59,097 nt of DNA from Eubacteriales bacterium (GTDB lineage Bacteria; Bacillota; Clostridia; Oscillospirales; CAG-272): positions 1 through 59,097 of the forward strand of contig JAZSMV010000019.1 in NCBI GenBank assembly GCA_045536065.1, written 5' to 3'. The notes below the pieces were generated by a model, which was given only the letters and a program-made list of their open reading frames with translations, was not told the DNA's origin and did not search any database. Positions 1 to 6,279 of this stretch are shown piece by piece. A program made the translations under genes and the position numbers. The first letter of the stretch is position 1; each line of letters begins with the position of its first letter.

Positions 1-80
1 ACAGACTCGCTCTCGCTTGATTATGTAGCCTACGGCTCAAACCGGTCTCCATAGGCAAAAATCCCTGTTGTTCTATAAAC

Positions 81-115
81 AAAAAGAGGTCAACCCTAGA
101 AGGCGACCTCTTTTT
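81..115. terminator. bidirectional stem-loop downstream of tRNA-CAT
   Basis: AAAAAGAGGTC (81-91) ... GACCTCTTTTT (105-115). 7-bp stem flanked by A5 and T5. Confidence 0.55.
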
Positions 116-117
116 GT

Positions 118-194
118 TGGTGGAGCATCAAGGACTCGAACCTTGGACCGACCGGTTATGAGCCGGTAGCTCTAACCAACTGAGCTAATGCTCC
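118..194 (-). tRNA. tRNA with CAT anticodon (elongator Met or lysidine-type Ile2; not initiator)
   Basis: Reverse complement folds as GGAGCAT-TA-GCTC-AGTTGGTTA-GAGC-T-ACCGG-CTCATAA-CCGGT-CGGTC-CAAGG-TTCGAGT-CCTTG-ATGCTCC-A-CCA (77 nt). Cloverleaf is complete, T-loop is canonical and CCA is encoded. The anticodon stem lacks the three G-C pairs of initiator tRNA. Confidence 0.9.
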
Positions 195-210
195 AAATAT
201 GTGCTTGTAT

Positions 211-239
211 ATTTTAGCAAATTAATGCTCATTTGTCAA
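211..239 (-). promoter_or_regulatory. sigma-A-type promoter for tRNA-CAT
   Basis: Minus strand TTGACA (239-234), 17-nt spacer, TAAAAT (216-211), about 16 nt upstream of the tRNA 5' end. Confidence 0.55.
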
Positions 240-323
240 TAGGTTTTATAAAAAAAGAAATATATTGATGTCGCAAAAATCGCCAGAATTTTAATAAGTC
301 TTAAAACCGAGCCGCAGCGAGAA

Positions 324-348
324 TGTCTGGAGCTGCCCGGGTATTCGC
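324..348 (-). repeat. partial direct copy (A) of the tRNA-Thr 3' end
   Basis: TGTCTGGAGCTGC (324-336) is identical to 559-571. The following CCCGG..ATTCG resembles the tRNA T-arm segment, with indels. Confidence 0.7.
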
Positions 349-458
349 TTTCGGCGAAGATACCCTCTCGCTTTGCCTTGCATGCAAGCTTGCAGAGCTT
401 CGCTCGGGGTATGCGGACCGATTCTGCGCCTTTGGCACAGAGCCCGATCCAAAGTATA

Positions 459-481
459 GGGTAGCAACTCCAGACAACCCC
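459..481 (+). repeat. inverted copy (B) of the tRNA-Thr 3' end plus trailer
   Basis: GGGTAGCAACTCCAGACAACCCC (459-481) is the reverse complement of 554-576 at 22 of 23 positions. The mismatch becomes G-U in minus-strand RNA. Confidence 0.8.
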
Positions 482-483
482 AT

Positions 484-517
484 AAAGAAAAATACTCCCA
501 TAAATGTCTTGTGGGAG
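484..517 (-). terminator. second rho-independent terminator after tRNA-Thr
   Basis: Minus strand CTCCCA-loop-TGGGAG (517-495) followed by TATTTTTCTTT. Confidence 0.5.
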
Positions 518-521
518 CCCC

Positions 522-557
522 ATAAAAAACCAAAGCCCCGAAGGTTTCCCTTCGGGG
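522..557 (-). terminator. rho-independent terminator after tRNA-Thr
   Basis: Minus strand CCCCGAAGG-GAAA-CCTTCGGGG, a 9-bp GC-rich stem (557-536), followed by CTTTGGTTTTTTA. Confidence 0.75.
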
Positions 558-562
558 TTGTC

Positions 563-638
563 TGGAGCTGCTACCCGGATTCGGACCGGGGACCTCATCC
601 TTACCAAGGATGTGCTCTACCAGCTGAGCCATAGCAGC
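563..638 (-). tRNA. tRNA-Thr (anticodon GGT) with an atypical T-loop
   Basis: Reverse complement folds as GCTGCTA-TG-GCTC-AGCTGGTA-GAGC-A-CATCC-TTGGTAA-GGATG-AGGTC-CCCGG-TCCGAAT-CCGGG-TAGCAGC-T-CCA (76 nt). The T-loop reads TCCGAAT rather than the usual TTCGAAT. Confidence 0.8.
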
Positions 639-672
639 ATCACACAAGGATATTTCCTCGTGACGCTTGATA

Positions 673-701
673 ATTATAACAAATTATTTTGAGTTTGTCA
701 A
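673..701 (-). promoter_or_regulatory. sigma-A-type promoter for tRNA-Thr
   Basis: Minus strand TTGACA (701-696), 17-nt spacer, TATAAT (678-673). Confidence 0.6.
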
Positions 702-770
702 TACATTTTTGAAAAAATCACAATATTTTTATTTTACGATAGATTTAAACATTTCCATATCAACATTTTC

Positions 771-799
771 TTGCATTAGCTACCTTATTATGCTATAAT
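771..799 (+). promoter_or_regulatory. sigma-A-type promoter for the metallophosphoesterase gene
   Basis: TTGCAT (771-776), 17-nt spacer, TATAAT (794-799). Confidence 0.5.
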
Positions 800-839
800 A
801 AAGACAGCAATTCTCATTTTTTATTAAAGGAGAAGAAAA

Positions 840-2081
840 ATGAATAAGGCTTTTAAAATCATTCTCGGTATAATAATCGCTCTGGCGGTTATTTTTGGCG
901 GATTTGCTATCGCAAATGAGATAAACAAAATAGCAATGAACAAATACATCGACAGCTTTGAGTCTGTTGAATACGAAAATCAGCTGACTCCTCAGTATGA
1001 CGAGGACGGTGTTGCTTACTTTGTGACCGACGGCGATTTCAAGGTTATGCACCTTACCGACGTACATATCGGCGGCGGTGTGCTGTCGGTACAGAAGGAC
1101 AAAATGGCTATCAATGCCGTTGCGGCTATGATCACTGCCGAAAAGCCCGACCTTGTAGTAGCGACAGGTGATATTTCCTTCGCAGTGCCCTGGTCAGGAA
1201 CGATTAATAACGCATACGCACATAACTATTTTAAGCGCCTTATGGAAAACCTTGGCGTATATTGGACAGTAACCTTTGGCAACCACGACTCCGAGGCATA
1301 CGACTACTATAAGAGAGATAAGGTAGCCGAGATGTACGAGGATGAGGATATGAAATACTGTCTCTTTGACTCGGATGACGGCGAAATTTACGGCGAGGGT
1401 AATCACGTGATCAACGTGAAAAATTCAAGCGGGCTTATCACAAAGAGCCTGATAATGATGGATACCAACGCCTACACCGACGAGGATCCCCTCGGAATCA
1501 ACTGGATATATGACAACATTCACGAGGATCAGATAGAGTGGTACCGTGGTGTTATCGAAAAATACAGCGCATACAATCAGTCAAGGCTTATTAATATGGA
1601 AATATCCGGCGAGCCTACACCCGCAAACGCAGAGGACTTTACCACAGTGCAGAGCCTGCTCTTCGTACATATTCCCATTATGGAGGTGCGTGATGCGGTA
1701 GATCTCTATCTTGAGGAGGCGGACACCGACGAGCTTAAGTATTTAAGCGGTAAGATCGGGGAGGATGCCCCTTACGTTTACTGCTCGGAGATCAATGAGC
1801 AGATGTTTGAGACCATGCTGGAGCTTGACAGCACGAAGGCTATGTTCTACGGTCACGATCACCTTAACAACCTTGTTGTTGAATACAAGGGTATAACCCT
1901 CTCCTACGGCTACTCTATCGACTACTTTGCATACGCAGGTATTCATAAGATCGGCTCTCAGCGTGGCTGTACCGTGATCAATTGCTCGCCCGACACAAGC
2001 TTTGAGATCACTCACGAGAACTACTACCAGGATAAATATCAGCCCCTTTACGAAAAGGAATCGGTTGATCTTACAAATTAA
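840..2081 (+). CDS. membrane-anchored calcineurin-like metallophosphoesterase
   Basis: 413-aa ORF with an N-terminal TM helix. Carries motifs HLTDVHIG, ATGDISF, GNHDSE, VHIP and GHDH. RBS AAGGAG lies 7 nt upstream. Confidence 0.85.
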   Translation: MNKAFKIILGIIIALAVIFGGFAIANEINKIAMNKYIDSFESVEYENQLTPQYDEDGVAYFVTDGDFKVMHLTDVHIGGGVLSVQKDKMAINAVAAMITAEKPDLVVATGDISFAVPWSGTINNAYAHNYFKRLMENLGVYWTVTFGNHDSEAYDYYKRDKVAEMYEDEDMKYCLFDSDDGEIYGEGNHVINVKNSSGLITKSLIMMDTNAYTDEDPLGINWIYDNIHEDQIEWYRGVIEKYSAYNQSRLINMEISGEPTPANAEDFTTVQSLLFVHIPIMEVRDAVDLYLEEADTDELKYLSGKIGEDAPYVYCSEINEQMFETMLELDSTKAMFYGHDHLNNLVVEYKGITLSYGYSIDYFAYAGIHKIGSQRGCTVINCSPDTSFEITHENYYQDKYQPLYEKESVDLTN

Positions 2082-2191
2082 GCAAACAAAAAGGCAACCC
2101 AAGGGGTACCTTCCATAAAGCAGGTTTTAATCTCCCTGCGAGATCCGAACGGCGTTGCCGTTCCCCCTTCGGGTTTCGACTGCGTCTGCCC

Positions 2192-2287
2192 GTGTCATTC
2201 TGAGCGAAGCGGAGCGGAGTCGAACTGCGAAGCAGCACCGAGCAAAGCGAAGGTGGAATCTCGGGCGGACTCCGCTCAAGATGACAC
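2192..2287. repeat. GC-rich imperfect inverted repeat (REP/MITE-like hairpin element)
   Basis: GTGTCATTCTGAGCG (2192-2206) pairs with CGCTCAAGATGACAC (2273-2287). GCGGAGTC (2214-2221) pairs with GACTCCGC (2268-2275). An outer helix joins CCCTGCG (2134-2140) and CGCAGGG (2287-2293). Confidence 0.65.
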
Positions 2288-2317
2288 GCAGGGGGCAACA
2301 CCTTCCGAAAAAATAAC

Positions 2318-2353
2318 AAAAGGAGTACGAGCAATTTTGTTCGTACTCCTTTT
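2318..2353. terminator. strong bidirectional stem-loop
   Basis: AAAGGAGTACGA (2318-2330) ... TCGTACTCCTTTT (2341-2353). About 12-bp stem with a 10-nt loop. Confidence 0.7.
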
Positions 2354-2382
2354 CACACGCCTTGCCCTGCAAGGTATAGTGT

Positions 2383-2438
2383 GTTACACCTCATAGGTGT
2401 ACTGTCGGGCGTTACACCTCATAAGTGTACTGTCGGGC
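2383..2438. repeat. 28-bp tandem direct repeat x2, each unit containing a palindrome
   Basis: GTTACACCTCATAGGTGTACTGTCGGGC (2383-2410) and GTTACACCTCATAAGTGTACTGTCGGGC (2411-2438) differ at one position. Each carries the palindrome TACACCT-CAT-AGGTGTA. Confidence 0.85.
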
Positions 2439-2544
2439 GGTGATGAGCCTTTGGTTTGTGTGCCCTGAAAGTCCGTCTTCTTTTCCTGACAAGCACTGCT
2501 CTTGTGAACACAAAAGCGAAGCACCGCGCAAGGCGGGGTGAGGA

Positions 2545-3747
2545 TCATTTACGATAACCGCAATTTTTTGCTACCTTCACAAGCCCGATACGTTCGCAAA
2601 CGGATACTCCAAGAGGTGAATCGTCCTCGTCTGCGTTAGAGTTTCCGATGATGGCATTGTCTCTCAAACAGTAATCAATAGCATATCTCCATATCAAGTC
2701 GATAGCTTTTTCTTCGCTTGTTGTATTAATCGTAAAAATAGCACCAATATCATATTTTTTGAGTTCTCTGATTTGATCAAGATCAGGCATAGCGAGGCAA
2801 ATCAGTTCTTCATTTTCAAAAATCCCCATAGGTGTCATTCCTACATTTCCCTTGCCATCAAAGTGGATTTGGATTGCTCTAACATGACAGTCGGCACATC
2901 CGCCGCTTTGCTTGAAGTTTTTTATTAAAGGCATATCTTCTATGGTGAGCAAGCGAATTCCCATACCTTCACATTCAGGAACAGCAACCGTATCTTTGGG
3001 ATAGATCATATCGTATCCGTAACGGCAGGTAAGCCCTAACTTAGCTACTTCGGCATCAAAGAGATCCCATTCCGTATCAACCGATCTGCGTACAGAGAAT
3101 CTCGGATTTGTGAGTTTGCCGAAGAGATTCAAATATGGCAGCGCATCTGCCTCTGTTTCGCAGATAAGCATTACGGCAGGCTCTACGGAATTGTAATCCG
3201 ATACATAAACAAAATGTTCAAGTGATTCTGGATTGCCAAGCGTGAGAATTTCGGATTCTGCAACGGTCATTCCCACAATATCCTCAGCATACTTCAACGG
3301 ATTGTGAGTAAAGCAAAAATCAAGAGCGAGGTCAATATCCGACACCTTTAATTCGGGAAAACTTCTTCTGAAATGGCTGATTGCAATTTTACCGGAAAGG
3401 TCGTGCCACGTAACCGCCTCTCCCGAATACTTTTCACGGTATTCACTCGGCGTCATACTGTAAAAATTTTTAAACGCGCGTGTGAAACTCTCTGGGCTTG
3501 CATATCCGAAATCAAGCGCAATTTCAAGCACGGTCTTTTGTGTTCTGCGGAGCTCAAGTGCGCTTCTTGTGAGCTTGTAAATACGAGAGTATTCTACGGG
3601 GCTATATCCCGTATGCTGTCTGAAGATTGCATCAAAGTAGGTGAGTGAAAATCCTGCGTTATCTGCAATACTCTGTAGCGACAGATTGTCTTTTGGATTC
3701 TTTTGTATGAATCCGATGGCTTTGTCAATTAAGTTTTTGTTTTCCAT
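2545..3747 (-). CDS. AraC-family transcriptional regulator with a large C-terminal domain
   Basis: 400-aa ORF. The N-terminal double HTH is AraC-type (LSLQSIADNAGFSLTYFDAIFRQHTGYSPVEY ... GYASPESFTRAFKNFYSMTPSEYR). A C-terminal domain of about 290 aa has unknown function. Confidence 0.85.
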   Translation of the reverse strand: MENKNLIDKAIGFIQKNPKDNLSLQSIADNAGFSLTYFDAIFRQHTGYSPVEYSRIYKLTRSALELRRTQKTVLEIALDFGYASPESFTRAFKNFYSMTPSEYREKYSGEAVTWHDLSGKIAISHFRRSFPELKVSDIDLALDFCFTHNPLKYAEDIVGMTVAESEILTLGNPESLEHFVYVSDYNSVEPAVMLICETEADALPYLNLFGKLTNPRFSVRRSVDTEWDLFDAEVAKLGLTCRYGYDMIYPKDTVAVPECEGMGIRLLTIEDMPLIKNFKQSGGCADCHVRAIQIHFDGKGNVGMTPMGIFENEELICLAMPDLDQIRELKKYDIGAIFTINTTSEEKAIDLIWRYAIDYCLRDNAIIGNSNADEDDSPLGVSVCERIGLVKVAKNCGYRK

Positions 3748-3863
3748 AAAGTCATCTCCTTTCTGTGCTTACATTTTAGCATACGAATACCTCAGTTGTC
3801 CTTGCAGAGATTATTGACTTATTTTTATTATAACACATATCTTGCTGTACAGCAATAGAGAAG

Positions 3864-3891
3864 GCGTACCTGCTTTATCTCAGGTACGCCA
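3864..3891 (-). terminator. stem-loop downstream of the nuclease gene
   Basis: Minus strand GGCGTACCTG-AGATAAAG-CAGGTACGCC (10-bp stem). The following T-run is weak. Confidence 0.45.
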
Positions 3892-3911
3892 AATGGTTGC
3901 CTTTTATTTTT

Positions 3912-5273
3912 TTACTTTGACATAGCGTCAAGTGCCTCACTCCTTGAAAGTCCAAGGGCGAGAAGAAGAAGGATCTTCTCCGCATCCGAGTCAACGGTAG
4001 CGATAACAGATTCTACCGTCATATATATCTCCACGTCGCAGACAGTACAGTGTGAAACGAAGGAGCTGCCATCCTCGGTACGCTCCCAGGTGCCGAAGGA
4101 ATGCTTGCCGTCGGAGGGAAGCTGTGAGCCGTAGGAAATAAGCTCGTCGCAGGACTTACAGTACAGGTCGCCACTGTAACCGTCGCTAAGACAGGTTGCC
4201 GCCACGTAGCCACGAAGCTCGGTGCTTGTGTGAGTGCATACTGAAGGCTCGGTTGTGCCACCCTGGTTTCCGCTATCGGGATTGGTGGTGCCACCCTGGT
4301 TTCCGCTATCGGGATTGGTTGTACCTCCCTGATTACCGCTGTCAGGATTTGTGGTGCCGCCCTGGTTACCCGAGCCGCCATTAGAAGCCTCGCCCGAGGG
4401 GGTGGTCATATTAGAAGGAACCGACTTGCCAAAGATAAGCCAGGCAAGCTCGGGATAGTCGATAAACACGTTTCTGTTACCCTGGATATTCTCAACAACC
4501 TCATTTCTACCCATCTCCCAGGTATCAACAGGGTCGAGCGCGCACCATTCAAGAAGAACGTCAACGCTCTGGAACACCTCGGTAATGCTGTCTGCTCCCC
4601 ACTGTGAGCCCCATCTTACGTAAACGTACAGACAGATTCTGGCAACGTCGCCCTTAACGTTATCAAGAGGCTCGAAGTAGTTGCCCGCATAGCTTCCGCC
4701 TGCGTCGCCACTAAGGTTACCTGTTGCGGTACTGCCACCGTTAACGTTACCGTACTTTTTATTACCTCTTGTGCTGTTGGTCTTGCTCTCGGAAGGACGG
4801 ATGTGGTGCAGGTCGGCTCCGCCGCCGCTAGTGTTTCCACCGCCAAGGCTCTGAGGCCAGACGTGCTCTCTGTTCCAGCCCTGACCGCCGTTGTACTGGC
4901 TGTAGGTTCCGGAATAAGAGGTGTAGATCATAACTATATTATTGCCGCCGTTCTCACTGTCGGTTCTGGTGGCAAGGTCACGGCACTCGGAGTAGCTTGT
5001 AACCTTTCTGTGCGTGCTGGACATAAGAGTACGCAGGCTTGTGAAAAGCTGAGTTGATGACTGAGCCGAAAGATTATCGTAGGTATAGCTGCCTGTGTAA
5101 TAATCATCTGCGCTGGTTCCGTCGAGAGTTGTGCAGACAACGTCTCTCTCACCCGAGTTTGAGTAGGTGGAATAGCTTGAGGGCTGTCCTACCGCAAAGA
5201 CGGGAATATACGTTGTAATTAATATAACTACGGCAAGCAGAGCCGCTACCGTATTCTTTATGTACTTTTTCAT
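3912..5273 (-). CDS. secreted endonuclease I-family nuclease with a repeat linker and Cys-rich C-terminal domain
   Basis: 453-aa ORF with an N-terminal signal/TM segment. Carries endonuclease-I-like motifs NREHVWPQS, DLHHIRPSE and NSTRGNKKYG. Followed by four GNQGGTTNPDS repeats and a C-terminal CxxC-containing domain. Confidence 0.75.
   Translation of the reverse strand: MKKYIKNTVAALLAVVILITTYIPVFAVGQPSSYSTYSNSGERDVVCTTLDGTSADDYYTGSYTYDNLSAQSSTQLFTSLRTLMSSTHRKVTSYSECRDLATRTDSENGGNNIVMIYTSYSGTYSQYNGGQGWNREHVWPQSLGGGNTSGGGADLHHIRPSESKTNSTRGNKKYGNVNGGSTATGNLSGDAGGSYAGNYFEPLDNVKGDVARICLYVYVRWGSQWGADSITEVFQSVDVLLEWCALDPVDTWEMGRNEVVENIQGNRNVFIDYPELAWLIFGKSVPSNMTTPSGEASNGGSGNQGGTTNPDSGNQGGTTNPDSGNQGGTTNPDSGNQGGTTEPSVCTHTSTELRGYVAATCLSDGYSGDLYCKSCDELISYGSQLPSDGKHSFGTWERTEDGSSFVSHCTVCDVEIYMTVESVIATVDSDAEKILLLLALGLSRSEALDAMSK
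4251..4382. repeat. 33-bp tandem repeat x4 inside the nuclease CDS
   Basis: Units lie at 4251-4283, 4284-4316, 4317-4349 and 4350-4382. The first two are almost identical. They encode (GNQGGTTNPDS)n. Confidence 0.85.
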
Positions 5274-5329
5274 ATTATTCTCCTGTTTTGATCATTTTTT
5301 GAGTCAATTTGTAAGTATTAGTTTACAAA

Positions 5330-6127
5330 TTAAATGATTTCCTCATAAGGAACATCCTTATAAGCATCTGCATCGGCAGGCGCTTCGATGTTAACCTCAG
5401 CCTCATAATCATAGTCGGTGTAGGTACGCATAGTTACCTCGTAGATCTGACCGTCCATACTGATCTGAAGGTTGCAGGAGAGAACCGAGTTAAGCTCAAA
5501 ATCGCCGTCAGCCTCAAGAATAAAGCTTACGGAGGAGATGCTTACGGTAGCATCAAGAGAGGAGAAGCTGTCCGAGAGAATACCCTCAAGACTTTTCTTT
5601 GCATCATCCTTAATATCACTGCAGGTGTATGTATACTTGCCATCCGCACCCTTTGTGTCGCAGGTCGCAAAATCGGCTATTCCAATATGGGCACCTGTTC
5701 CCGCATCGGCAAGAACAACTATTCTGTCAACCTCGGTGAATTCTGCCTTTTCCTTAAGCTGAATGGTATATTCACCCGAAGCAATAGAGATAAAGTGATA
5801 AAGTGTGCCGTCTATGAGAGTGTACTTTTCATCAAGCGAGGTGCTGTCGGTCTTTGCCGAGGTGCTTACGCAAAGATTATCGCCATCGGCAAGAATAACC
5901 GAGGAGGAGCTCATATTATCTACGGCATCCTTCATCTTATCGTCGTTGGTTGCAAATACAACTCTTACACCAGCCTCATATTTTCTCGGGTCGAGCTGAA
6001 TTTCACCGCCATCGCCTCCGGTACCACCGTCACCTGTTGGATCATCCGTTTCATTACAGGACGAAAGACATCCAAACGTCAGAATAATACATATGAGTAA
6101 GCAAACAAGCCTTTTAAAAGTGCTCAT
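5330..6127 (-). CDS. hypothetical lipoprotein
   Basis: 265-aa ORF with a signal peptide and lipobox (FGCLSSC). The mature part is acidic. I recognise no motif. Confidence 0.65.
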   Translation of the reverse strand: MSTFKRLVCLLICIILTFGCLSSCNETDDPTGDGGTGGDGGEIQLDPRKYEAGVRVVFATNDDKMKDAVDNMSSSSVILADGDNLCVSTSAKTDSTSLDEKYTLIDGTLYHFISIASGEYTIQLKEKAEFTEVDRIVVLADAGTGAHIGIADFATCDTKGADGKYTYTCSDIKDDAKKSLEGILSDSFSSLDATVSISSVSFILEADGDFELNSVLSCNLQISMDGQIYEVTMRTYTDYDYEAEVNIEAPADADAYKDVPYEEII

Positions 6128-6219
6128 AACCTTCTCCTTTGCTTTTAAAATATTTTCCTGTATACATTTTACATCAAAATATTACAAAAGTCAATAGATG
6201 AAGAAAAACCGTATGTTTA

Positions 6220-6248
6220 TTGAAAAACAGAATATTCTGTGTTATAAT
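6220..6248 (+). promoter_or_regulatory. promoter of the MFS gene with an embedded 14-bp palindrome
   Basis: TTGAAA (6220-6225), 17-nt spacer, TATAAT (6243-6248) with a TG extension. The spacer contains the perfect palindrome ACAGAATATTCTGT (6227-6240). Confidence 0.5.
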
Positions 6249-6279
6249 AGTGAGGTAATTTATTAAGTCGAGGAAAACT

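Noticed and set aside
1-80. Possible structured RNA or leader at the left edge (GCCTATGG...CCGTAGGC hairpin on the minus strand)
   Set aside because: It is truncated by the window edge, so there is too little sequence to assign anything.
236-692. Five overlapping ORFs (62-123 aa) across the tRNA spacer
   Set aside because: They overlap two clear tRNA genes and their terminators. They have no RBS and mutually overlap in several frames. They owe their length to the GC-rich repeat element.
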